Shown here piece after piece: positions 1 through 8,938 of a DNA stretch of 64,000 nt. Numbering within the stretch: the stretch's first letter is position 1; each line of letters starts with the position of its first letter. The notes beneath the pieces were generated by a model, which was given only the letters and a program-made list of their open reading frames with translations, did no database searches and was not told where the DNA came from. The position numbers were made by a program, and so were the translations under genes. Location of the stretch: the sequence record DRR723986_4177; one strand, written 5' to 3'.

Positions 1-90
1 TGGCGGAGACGAAGGGATTCGAACCCTCGATACCGTTGCCAGTATACTCCCTTAGCAGGGGAGCGCTTTCGACCACTCAGCCACGTCTCC
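1..90 (-). tRNA. tRNA-Ser (anticodon GCT)
   Basis: Reverse complement reads GGAGACG...TGGTCGAA...CTCCC-CTGCTAA-GGGAG, long variable arm, GGTTCGAATCC T-loop, CGTCTCC-G-CCA 3' end. Confidence 0.97.
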
Positions 91-97
91 GCCGCCG

Positions 98-126
98 TGA
101 ATAGCGAAGCGCATACGCCGAGTCAA
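98..126 (-). promoter_or_regulatory. sigma70-like promoter of tRNA-Ser
   Basis: TTGACT-17 bp-TATTCA on the minus strand, ending 7 nt upstream of the tRNA. Confidence 0.6.
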
Positions 127-226
127 CGCAACAATATCATTCCGGCAAAAAAAAGTGGCTTGCACATGGCCGCGCTCTATTTCACGCTCAGGTCAACACT
201 TTTACAAAATAGGATAAGGAAAGCCC

Positions 227-1126
227 ATGGAAGCCGTCCGCACACCCGATGAACACTTTGAAAACCTGCCAGACTGGTCATTTGAATCGCACTATATTGA
301 AGACTTGGAAGGCTATGAAAATATTCGCATTGCCTATGTTGACGAAGGCCCCAAAGACGCAGACCGCGTATTCCTGTGCCTGCACGGCGAACCAAGCTGG
401 TCATACCTGTACCGCCATATGATCCCGCATTTCACTGCCTCCGGCGCACGGGTGATTGCGTCAGACCTTGTTGGTTTCGGCCGGTCCGACAAGCCCGTAA
501 AAGACAGTGACTATACATTCCATTTCCACCGTAATTACCTGCTACGCTTTATCGAGAAGCTGGACCTGCAAAACATTACGCTGGTTTGTCAGGACTGGGG
601 CGGCCTTCTCGGCCTTACCTTGCCGATGGACATGAAGTCTCGCTTCAAGCGCCTGATTGTTATGAACACAGGCCTTGCCGTTGGCATGGGAGCAAGCGAT
701 GGTTTCAATGCATGGCGCGATTATGTGGCCAATACCCCCAACTTGCCCATTGGCGCCATCATGAAACGCGCAACACCGCACCTGTCGGAAGCTGAAGTCA
801 CCGCTTACGACGCGCCCTTCCCTGATGATTTGTACAAAGCCGGTGCGCGCAAATTTCCGGCGCTCGTGATGACAGAGCCCGACATGGAAGGCGTTAACAC
901 ATCAAAGCGTGCAGCGGCTTTCTGGTCAACCGAATGGACCGGCGAAAGCTTCATGGCCATCGGCATGCAAGACCCGGTTTTGGGCCCGCCCGCCATGCAT
1001 ATGCTCAAAAAGCTCATTAAAGGCTGCCCCGCACCGCTGGAAATTAATGAAGCTGGGCACTTTGTTCAGGAATGGGGCGATATCGTTGCGCCCGCCGCAC
1101 TGAAGCATTTCGGTGATATCGACTAA
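227..1126 (+). CDS. Haloalkane dehalogenase (DhlA/HLD-I type alpha/beta hydrolase)
   Basis: LHGEPSWSYLYR, nucleophile motif QDWGG (Asp-Trp), QDPVLG acid, AGHFVQE His. Confidence 0.9.
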   Translation: MEAVRTPDEHFENLPDWSFESHYIEDLEGYENIRIAYVDEGPKDADRVFLCLHGEPSWSYLYRHMIPHFTASGARVIASDLVGFGRSDKPVKDSDYTFHFHRNYLLRFIEKLDLQNITLVCQDWGGLLGLTLPMDMKSRFKRLIVMNTGLAVGMGASDGFNAWRDYVANTPNLPIGAIMKRATPHLSEAEVTAYDAPFPDDLYKAGARKFPALVMTEPDMEGVNTSKRAAAFWSTEWTGESFMAIGMQDPVLGPPAMHMLKKLIKGCPAPLEINEAGHFVQEWGDIVAPAALKHFGDID

Positions 1127-1179
1127 TGCAACTTGAGTTGATAGGATAACGCCTAGTGGGGTTAAAAAGGGGAAATACA

Positions 1180-2514
1180 GTGATCTATTCAAAGCTAACC
1201 AAAATGCTGGCAAGCACCGCGCTTGGCGCGGCCATTATGGCAACGCCTATACAGGCAGACGACTTAACTGATGCCATTGCAAAAGACTATTCATACCTTG
1301 AACCCCTGTTTGTTCATTTTCACAAAAACCCGGAGCTTTCCTTTGTTGAAACAAAAACAGCCGCCCGCATGGCGGCGGAACTTACCGCGCTTGGTTTCAC
1401 TGTAACCCAAGGCATAGGCGGCACGGGTGTTGTCGCCATGATGGAAAACGGCGAAGGCCCCCAAGTGCTGGTGCGCGCCGACATGGACGGCCTGCCGGTT
1501 CAAGAAGACAGCGGTGTTGCATACCCATCCACCGCAACGCAGGTCAACATCAACGGCATTGAAATGCCAGTGATGCACGCTTGTGGCCACGACATGCACA
1601 TGACCTCGCTTATTGGCACCGCCCGACGGCTGGTGGCCATGCGCGATAAATGGTCAGGCACCCTCATGCTGATCGGCCAACCGGCAGAGGAGCGCATCGG
1701 CGGCGCCAAAGCCATGATCGAAGACAACCTGTATGAACGCTTCGGCAGACCAAATTATGCGCTAGCGCTGCATGTGGCGGCGGGCGAGCCCGCAGGTAAG
1801 GTCATCTACGGCTCCGGCCTTACCTACTCCAGTTCCGACAGCGTTGATATCCGCGTATACGGCACCGGCACACACGGCGCATCACCCCACTTAGGCAATG
1901 ACCCCATTGTGCTAGCCTCTCAAATTGTTGGCGCGTTGCAAACACTTGTTTCCCGTGAAATCTCACCACTGGAAGCAGGCGTTGTAACCGTGGGCTCCTT
2001 CCATGCGGGACGCAAACATAACATCATCTCTGATCATGCTGACCTGCAATTAACGGTTCGCTCCAACGATGAAGCTGTGCGGGCAAAACTGTTGCAGGGC
2101 ATTAAGCGCATTGCAGAAAATATGGGCCGGGTGGCCGGCTTACCCGAAGACAGGCTGCCGAAAGTTGACCTGTCAGTGGAAGCAACGCCTGTCACCTATA
2201 ACGACGAAGCACTGGCCGAACGGCTGGGTGCCGTTTTTGAGCGTGAATTCGGTGCAGATGGCACAGCGCCTGCCATTCAGCGCGGCATGGGTGCGGAAGA
2301 CTTCCCGTATTTCACCAATGTTGAACCGCGAGTTCCCGGCTTTTACTTTGCCATTGGTGGCACGTCGCAGGCAGACCTAGACGCGCAGAAAAACGGAGGG
2401 CCTCCTGTTGCCGGGCACCATTCGCCTTTCTTCAAAATTGAGCCGGAACTTTCCATCAAGGCGGGTGTGCGCGCCATGACACTGGCTGTGTTGGAATTGA
2501 TGCCCACAAAATAG
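1180..2514 (+). CDS. M20D amidohydrolase (hippurate hydrolase-like), probably exported
   Basis: HKNPELS, RADMDGLP, MHACGHD, QPAEE, GAEDF, HHSP motifs; signal-like N-terminus (ALGAAIMATPIQA); GTG start at 1180 chosen, exact start uncertain. Confidence 0.88.
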   Translation: MIYSKLTKMLASTALGAAIMATPIQADDLTDAIAKDYSYLEPLFVHFHKNPELSFVETKTAARMAAELTALGFTVTQGIGGTGVVAMMENGEGPQVLVRADMDGLPVQEDSGVAYPSTATQVNINGIEMPVMHACGHDMHMTSLIGTARRLVAMRDKWSGTLMLIGQPAEERIGGAKAMIEDNLYERFGRPNYALALHVAAGEPAGKVIYGSGLTYSSSDSVDIRVYGTGTHGASPHLGNDPIVLASQIVGALQTLVSREISPLEAGVVTVGSFHAGRKHNIISDHADLQLTVRSNDEAVRAKLLQGIKRIAENMGRVAGLPEDRLPKVDLSVEATPVTYNDEALAERLGAVFEREFGADGTAPAIQRGMGAEDFPYFTNVEPRVPGFYFAIGGTSQADLDAQKNGGPPVAGHHSPFFKIEPELSIKAGVRAMTLAVLELMPTK

Positions 2515-2538
2515 GCCGCTGATCTAAGGACAGGTACA

Positions 2539-2958
2539 ATGAGCACGCTAACCCCTTTCCATCTTGCGGTACCGGTGGATGACTTGTCAGCTGCACGCAC
2601 TTTTTACGGTAGGTTGCTAGGCTGTCCTGAAGGTCGCTCAACTGACAAATGGATCGATTTTGATCTGTTTGGTCACCAATTCGTTGTCCATTTGGGTACA
2701 CCTGTCGGCCAGCCGGACAGCAACGGCGTTGACGGCGACAATGTGCCTAGCTTTCATTATGGCTGCGTTTTGGCGTGGGATGATTGGCAACAATTGGCAG
2801 ACAAACTAACAGCGGCAGGCACGAATTTTGTCATTAAACCAAAAGTCAGGTTCAAAGGCGAAGTGGGCGAACAGGCCACCATGTTTTTCCGCGATCCCGC
2901 AGGCAATGCGCTTGAATTTAAGGCCTTCAAAGACCCATCACAGCTATTTGCTAAGTAA
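2539..2958 (+). CDS. VOC/glyoxalase family protein
   Basis: [31 protein letters not shown]. Confidence 0.88.
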   Translation: MSTLTPFHLAVPVDDLSAARTFYGRLLGCPEGRSTDKWIDFDLFGHQFVVHLGTPVGQPDSNGVDGDNVPSFHYGCVLAWDDWQQLADKLTAAGTNFVIKPKVRFKGEVGEQATMFFRDPAGNALEFKAFKDPSQLFAK

Positions 2959-2967
2959 ATAGGTAGC

Positions 2968-3543
2968 CTAGCTTGCAGGTTTGTCTGGCACGTCAGGTAT
3001 GGAGACGCGGCCTGGCAAAACGAAACGCTCGATCAAAAGCACAAAGCATACAAACGCGAGTACATTCCATACCTTAACGAAGGCCACTGCAAGATAGATG
3101 CTACCACCCGCAATGGCCAGTAAGCCAAACACATAGAGCTTGCCGCGCTTTCTAACCGCATCTGCACGCTGTTGCAGCAGTGAAAGCCCCTCATCAAGCG
3201 GGGTTAAGCCTTCGACCAACCTATTTGTGAAGCGGTAGGTCATTAGCTGTCCGCCAACCAGAAAAGTCAAGATTCCGAACCCGTATATGGCTATGGTGTA
3301 AAAGTTTGGGTAATGGGTAAATCCTTGAACCCAACTCACCATCAGCGGCAATATAAAGGCGAAAAAAATCTGGGCAACACCATAGGAAGCAGCAATTCCC
3401 AGAAGTAGCGGCACAATTGAATATAGCCGCTTACCGCGCTTATAGCGCTTTTCTACATCAAGCGACACACGGTATGCTTTCGCTTCTCGTCCTGCGCGAA
3501 TAATAGCATCAGTTTTTGGCGGTCCCGGCTTCCATTTTGCCAT
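2968..3543 (-). CDS. Hypothetical membrane protein (about 4 TM)
   Basis: ATG at 3543 with GGGAG SD; hydrophobic segments; no family recognised. Confidence 0.65.
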   Translation of the reverse strand: MAKWKPGPPKTDAIIRAGREAKAYRVSLDVEKRYKRGKRLYSIVPLLLGIAASYGVAQIFFAFILPLMVSWVQGFTHYPNFYTIAIYGFGILTFLVGGQLMTYRFTNRLVEGLTPLDEGLSLLQQRADAVRKRGKLYVFGLLAIAGGSIYLAVAFVKVWNVLAFVCFVLLIERFVLPGRVSIPDVPDKPAS

Positions 3544-3689
3544 TGGTGCTCTCCCTTGCGAGTACAGTTTTGACAATAGTGCGTCCAAACGCAATATCTT
3601 TGATCGCCACAAACAAAAAAGCGTCAAAAAAAGCTACTGCGTCAACTTTTCAGGTTTGGCCCCGCGCTTAAGTGCCGTATAGGATACCT

Positions 3690-5198
3690 ATGGCCTACAA
3701 ATCATTACGTGACTTCATTGATGAACTGGAAACCGACGGACTACTCGTGCGCGTTTCTGAGCCTGTCTCTACCGAACTGGAGATGACAGAAATTCAAACC
3801 CGTGTGCTGGCTGAAGGTGGCCCCGCCATCTTGTTTGAAAATGTACTGAACGAACACGGCGAAAAAGCCGATATGCCTGTACTGGTGAACCTGTTTGGCA
3901 CCGTCGAGCGTGTAGCCCGCGGCATGAGCCGCGAGCCAAGCGAGCTGCGCGAGGTAGGCGAAACACTGGCTTTTTTGCGTCAGCCCCAGCCGCCTGCTGG
4001 CATTAAAGACGCCATAGACCTGTTGCCGCTTGCCAAAAAGGTTTTGGCCATGCGCCCCAAGACCGTGAAACGCGCCCCGGTGCATGAAGTGGTGCTCACC
4101 GGTGATGATATCGATATCAACAAATTGCCCATCCAGACCTGCTGGCCGGGCGAACCAGCGCCGTTGATCACCTGGCCCCTTGTGGTGACACAGGGCCCGA
4201 CAAAAAGTGCGGAAGATGACTTTAACCTCGGCATTTACCGCATGCAGCGGGTGGGCAAAAACCAAACCCTGATGCGCTGGCTCAAGCACCGGGGCGGTGC
4301 ACAGCAGTATGAGCGCTGGAAAAAAGCCAAACGCGAGCCCGTGCCCGCCGCCGCCGTTTTGGGTGCTGACCCCGGCACCATTTTAGCCGCCGTAACACCC
4401 GTGCCTGACACACTCTCTGAATATCAGTTCGCTGGCCTGTTGCGCGAAAAAAAGGTGGAGCTGGTTGACTGTAAAACCGTGCCGCTAAAGGTGCCTGCCA
4501 CCGCAGAGATTGTACTGGAAGGGTTTGTCAGCCTTGATGATTACCGCGATGAAGGGCCCTACGGCGACCACACCGGCTATTACAACAGCGTAGAGAAATT
4601 CCCGGTGTTCAACATTACCGCCATTACCATGCGTAAAGACCCTATTTACCTGTCCACCTACACGGGCCGCCCGCCGGATGAGCCCAGCGTGCTGGGGGAA
4701 GCGCTGAATGAGGTTTTCATTCCGCTACTACAGCAGCAATTCCCCGAAGTGGTGGACTTTTGGCTGCCGCCCGAAGGCTGCAGCTACCGCATCGCAGTCG
4801 TCAGCATCAAAAAGGCCTACGCAGGCCATGCCAAACGCATCATGACCGGAGTTTGGTCTTACCTGCGCCAGTTTGTTTACACCAAATTTGTCATTGTGGT
4901 GGACGACGACATTGATTGCCGCGACTGGAAAGATGTCATGTGGGCGATCAGCACCCGTATGGACCCGGTGCGCGACATCGTAACCGTGGAAAACACGCCG
5001 ATCGATTATCTTGATTTTGCCAGCCCAGAAAGCGGCCTTGGCGGCAAACTGGGATTGGATGCCACCAACAAAGTGGGTAATGAGACCCACCGCGAATGGG
5101 GCGTGCAAATACGCATGGATGACAGCGTAATTGATAAGGTGGACACCATGTGGGACAGCCTCGGCATTAAGGGCAACTATCCCAAAATTTGGAAATAG
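3690..5198 (+). CDS. ubiD: UbiD-family prFMN-dependent decarboxylase (4-hydroxy-3-polyprenylbenzoate decarboxylase)
   Basis: [45 protein letters not shown]. Confidence 0.95.
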   Translation: MAYKSLRDFIDELETDGLLVRVSEPVSTELEMTEIQTRVLAEGGPAILFENVLNEHGEKADMPVLVNLFGTVERVARGMSREPSELREVGETLAFLRQPQPPAGIKDAIDLLPLAKKVLAMRPKTVKRAPVHEVVLTGDDIDINKLPIQTCWPGEPAPLITWPLVVTQGPTKSAEDDFNLGIYRMQRVGKNQTLMRWLKHRGGAQQYERWKKAKREPVPAAAVLGADPGTILAAVTPVPDTLSEYQFAGLLREKKVELVDCKTVPLKVPATAEIVLEGFVSLDDYRDEGPYGDHTGYYNSVEKFPVFNITAITMRKDPIYLSTYTGRPPDEPSVLGEALNEVFIPLLQQQFPEVVDFWLPPEGCSYRIAVVSIKKAYAGHAKRIMTGVWSYLRQFVYTKFVIVVDDDIDCRDWKDVMWAISTRMDPVRDIVTVENTPIDYLDFASPESGLGGKLGLDATNKVGNETHREWGVQIRMDDSVIDKVDTMWDSLGIKGNYPKIWK

Positions 5199-5207
5199 GA
5201 TTATAAA

Positions 5208-6028
5208 ATGAGCCTGAAAAACATCATTGCAGCGATAGTTCTGGGCGCAGCCACACCCGCAGTCTCTGCCGACGATACCATCAATCTTTACGCAATGGAC
5301 TGCGGCGCTGTTGATGTTAGGGACATGGCGCCCTTCGATAACAAGGGCCGGTTTGACGGCCAAAGCATCGTTTTGGCGAACCCGTGTTTTCTCATTCGCC
5401 ATCCCAAGGGTAACCTGTTGTGGGATACGGGCATGGAACAATCCCTCGCTGACATTCCCGAAGGCATTGGTGACAATTTCCATTTCACCACTAAACGAAA
5501 ACTGACCGATCAGCTCGCTGACTTGGGGCTTGCCCCTCAGACATTGACTTTTTATCCATCTCGCACTGGCACCCGGACCACAGCGGCAATGCCGGGCTTT
5601 TCGCAGCTTCAACATGGATTGTGAACCGCACAGAACGGGCCTTCATGTTTGCCGAGGAAAAGCCACAAGGCTTCGAGGATTATGCCGCCCTGGAGAGTGC
5701 GAAAACCATTCAGTTCGACGCAACCCACGACGTTTTCAGTGATGGCAGCACTGTCATCACATCCCTGCCCGGCCACACACCCGGCCATTCTGTATTGACC
5801 CTCAAACTGGACAAGGCGGGAACCCTGATGTTTTCCGGCGACTTGCATATATTTGCCGAAGGCCGGAAAGTGGGTGCCATTCCCACATTTAACTTTGATG
5901 CAGAAGCAACCGTGCCTTCCTTAAAGGCCTTTGCCGAAATGGCAGAGAAAACCCAAGCACGGGTGATCATCCAGCATGAAAAAGCGCATTTCGACGCCCT
6001 GCCCGAATTCCCGAAATATTTGAATTAA
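5208..6028 (+). pseudogene. Secreted N-acyl homoserine lactonase-family MBL-fold hydrolase split by a 1-nt deletion (or a sequencing error)
   Basis: Signal peptide and LLWDTG in the first frame; SHWHPDHSGN, PGHTPGH, FSGD and IQH in the next frame; one extra C in CCCC at 5533-5536 joins the frames. Confidence 0.85.
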
Positions 6029-6039
6029 CCCGTTCGCTT

Positions 6040-6068
6040 TTGACACTGCCCACAGCCTGCTTCATACT
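6040..6068 (+). promoter_or_regulatory. sigma70-like promoter
   Basis: TTGACA-17 bp-CATACT upstream of the aminotransferase. Confidence 0.6.
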
Positions 6069-6112
6069 TCACCATCATTATGACAAGCATGCATTCAGGG
6101 GGCATTATAGGC

Positions 6113-7270
6113 ATGGAACTTCACAATATTTCGCGGCGAAAGCTGCTTGGCAGCATCGGCGCAGGCGCATTGGTCGCAGGGCTTACTGGTCCGGCATTGG
6201 CCGTTCGTGCGTTTGAAGGCGGTGCCCTGCCTTTCCGGCAAAATGCTGCTGAATTGCTGCTGCATTTCAATGAAAACTCGCTGGGCATGTCACCGCTGGC
6301 CACCGAAAGTGCGCGAGTGGCAGTGAATAATGCTGCCAACCGCTATGCGGATGATGCCATCATTGAGCTACGCGGCATGATCGCCCAAAACCACGGCGTA
6401 TCGATGGAGCAGGTGACGCTGGGCAATGGCTCCACCGAAGTTATCCGCGCGGTTGTGACAGCCGCCGCCCAATCAAACGCCACGGTTATTGAGCCCACGC
6501 CCACCTTTGGTGCTTTACAGCGCTATGCAAGTGCCGAGGGCATGGCGGTTAAAACTGTGCCGGTTGGTGCAGGTTTCATCACAGACATCAACACCCTGCG
6601 CGCATTAGCCGAGGCCACCGCTGGCCCTTTACTTATCAACATATGCAACCCCAATAACCCCACAGGCACCATTGTTGATGGATCGGCCCTGATGGATTGG
6701 ATTGAAAGCGCGCCAGTCGACCATATGTTCCTAATCGATGAAGCTTATTATGATTACGCTAAAGACAGCGATGGCTACATAAGCCTTGCAGCGGATGTTG
6801 CTGTGGGCCGTGAAAATGTTGTTGTGGCGCGCACTTTCTCAAAGATATACGGCATGGCTGGCATGCGGGTGGGCTACGGCATCTCTGGCCCTGAAACAGC
6901 CAAGCGCATCAATGCTTTTGCTGCTAACTTTAACTTAAGCGCAGCAGGAGTTTCTGCCGCCGTTACGTCCATGAAGGACCAAGCCTATTACGCCAAAAGC
7001 CTGGCGTCTAATGCTGCAGGCAAAGCCATTTTGATAGAAGCATTAGACCGCCTAGATTTGGCCTACATTCCAAGCCACACCAATTTCCTGTTGCACCGCA
7101 TTAGCGGTGACCTTGCAAGTTACCAGCAGCGCATGAAAGCAAACAACATTCGGGTGGGGCGGCGCATGACCGCCGAGGATGGTTGGTGCCGCCTGTCTAT
7201 TGGTACACCAGACGAAATGACCGAATTTGTGCGCACACTGAACGCCTTCCGCGACAAAGGTTGGGTTTAA
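6113..7270 (+). CDS. HisC-like class I/II PLP aminotransferase with Tat signal
   Basis: SRRKLL twin-Arg signal; NEN, GNGSTE, CNPNNPTG, IDEAY, RTFSKIYGMAGMRVGY. Confidence 0.88.
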   Translation: MELHNISRRKLLGSIGAGALVAGLTGPALAVRAFEGGALPFRQNAAELLLHFNENSLGMSPLATESARVAVNNAANRYADDAIIELRGMIAQNHGVSMEQVTLGNGSTEVIRAVVTAAAQSNATVIEPTPTFGALQRYASAEGMAVKTVPVGAGFITDINTLRALAEATAGPLLINICNPNNPTGTIVDGSALMDWIESAPVDHMFLIDEAYYDYAKDSDGYISLAADVAVGRENVVVARTFSKIYGMAGMRVGYGISGPETAKRINAFAANFNLSAAGVSAAVTSMKDQAYYAKSLASNAAGKAILIEALDRLDLAYIPSHTNFLLHRISGDLASYQQRMKANNIRVGRRMTAEDGWCRLSIGTPDEMTEFVRTLNAFRDKGWV

Positions 7271-7357
7271 ACGTTTATTACCATGGTCACACTTTCTTGA
7301 GTTAACCAAACGCCAACTATCGCTATAGTGCCCCTTTCGGGGAACAGGAGCCTTTTC

Positions 7358-8377
7358 ATGTCATCAAATTCATCATTTTCACGTAGAAACTTCATGGCAG
7401 CAACTGGTGCTGCAATTGGCGTAGGGAGCATGTTTGGCTCCAGCGCACGGGCAGATAGTTTCCCCACCTTCGGCAAAGTAGTTGAAGAACAGCCTTTCGC
7501 GCGCATTGAGGAAGTGGGCGAAGGCATTTGGGGTGTAGTCTCCACGCCTTTAAACCCGGACGGCAGTTTCAACCCGGCAGCAACCGCCACGCTGTGTAAC
7601 GGCGGTATTATTGCGGGAGAAGACAAGGTGGTAGCCATTGATGGTTCGTTCCGGCCCGAGGGGTCTGCGTGGCTTGCCGCACAAGCCCTACGCCTAACCG
7701 GCAAGCCGGTAACCGATGTGATTGTAACCCACTTCCATGCTGACCACACCGGCGGACTGGCGGGCTACCAGAACGGCGCAACAGGCCCTGAAATTATTGC
7801 CACGGCTACAACGGATAAGCTGATTTATGAGCGCTATTCAGGGGCAAAACAATCGCCCGAGGGTGCTCAGTTCGCGCGGCCCGCCATTCGTCCGGTTATG
7901 CCCACTCGCATCATCACTGATGAAACTTCCATCATTACGATGGACCTTGGCGGGCGCACCATCCGGCTGCATCCCCTTAAGGGCCATACCCCCAGTGACC
8001 TCGCGGTAGTAGTGGATGATGCGCCGGTTATTTTTGCGGGTGATCTTGTATGGGCCGGGTTATTCCATAATTATGTTGATGCCATTCCTAGCCATTTGAC
8101 CACTTCGGCCGAGCATTTGCTGTCCGACCCCAAGCGCACAATTGTCACCGGCCACGGTGCTATTGCCAATGCCGGTGACCTGAGCAGCTATGTGGACCTG
8201 TTAAGGCTGGTTGAAGAAAAAGCCCGCGCTTCATTCGAGGCTGGTAAAACACCAGCAGAAGGCGCGAAGGATTTTATGGTGCCTGCCTCGCTCGGGACAT
8301 GGCAATTGTTCAACCCGCGTTACTATGAAACTGCATTTGAAGCCTGGCGCCGCGAACTTGCAGGCGAAACCAGCTAA
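7358..8377 (+). CDS. Tat-exported MBL-fold metallo-hydrolase (cyclase-like)
   Basis: SRRNFM twin-Arg signal; THFHADH, GHTPSD, AGDL, TGHG. Confidence 0.85.
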   Translation: MSSNSSFSRRNFMAATGAAIGVGSMFGSSARADSFPTFGKVVEEQPFARIEEVGEGIWGVVSTPLNPDGSFNPAATATLCNGGIIAGEDKVVAIDGSFRPEGSAWLAAQALRLTGKPVTDVIVTHFHADHTGGLAGYQNGATGPEIIATATTDKLIYERYSGAKQSPEGAQFARPAIRPVMPTRIITDETSIITMDLGGRTIRLHPLKGHTPSDLAVVVDDAPVIFAGDLVWAGLFHNYVDAIPSHLTTSAEHLLSDPKRTIVTGHGAIANAGDLSSYVDLLRLVEEKARASFEAGKTPAEGAKDFMVPASLGTWQLFNPRYYETAFEAWRRELAGETS

Positions 8378-8521
8378 CAACCGCTACGCAACATAGGGCG
8401 GTGCGACGAAATGCCGTCAAAAAACCCGTGTTCTGTTCGACATTATACCGATAGTGTCGCCGAAATATTATTTTTTATTGGCATATACTGAACCTGTTTT
8501 GGAAGTAGCTGTAGTTTAACA

Positions 8522-8896
8522 ATGTCCTTCATCAGTTCCATACTGCCTGCACTGCTGCTTATTGCCTTTTCATCCAAAGCGCTCGTGCCGGTTGGTATGA
8601 TGCTGGACGTGAAATCATTTATGCATGGCGGTGACTTGGTCACCATTTGCCCTTCCGTGGGCAAGTTGCCGTGGATGACCGTATTCACCGACCACTCGGG
8701 CCACCATATGGCTGGGGTTGATGAAAATGCAGATGCGCGTTGCCCCTATGCGGCCTTGGACGCACCAGCGTCCTTTGATATGCCGGACGCACTATGGCTA
8801 TTTCTTCAACCTGACTATGAACAAACCGTTCTCCCGTCTGGTCAATACAGCAGCATCATTTTCAAACGCTCTGCAAGAGCGCCACCTGAAGTTTAG
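8522..8896 (+). CDS. DUF2946-like leader protein with C-terminal RAPP motif
   Basis: Hydrophobic N-terminus ending ALVPVGMM, ICP, His cluster DHSGHH, CPYA, C-terminal ARAPPEV. Confidence 0.75.
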   Translation: MSFISSILPALLLIAFSSKALVPVGMMLDVKSFMHGGDLVTICPSVGKLPWMTVFTDHSGHHMAGVDENADARCPYAALDAPASFDMPDALWLFLQPDYEQTVLPSGQYSSIIFKRSARAPPEV

Positions 8897-8938
8897 AGAA
8901 CTGAAAACCCTCTATACTTATACATAATTCAGGAAATA

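Noticed and set aside
1-90. tRNA-Ser as an integration site for an island in this window
   Set aside because: The tRNA 3' end points out of the window; no integrase or duplicated 3' fragment was seen inside
5533-5552. Programmed frameshift or phase variation in the lactonase
   Set aside because: C4 and T5 tracts are too short and no canonical slippery heptamer is present; a simple deletion or sequencing error is more parsimonious
4728-5615. 295-aa minus-strand ORF
   Set aside because: Antisense shadow of ubiD and the lactonase; no recognisable motifs
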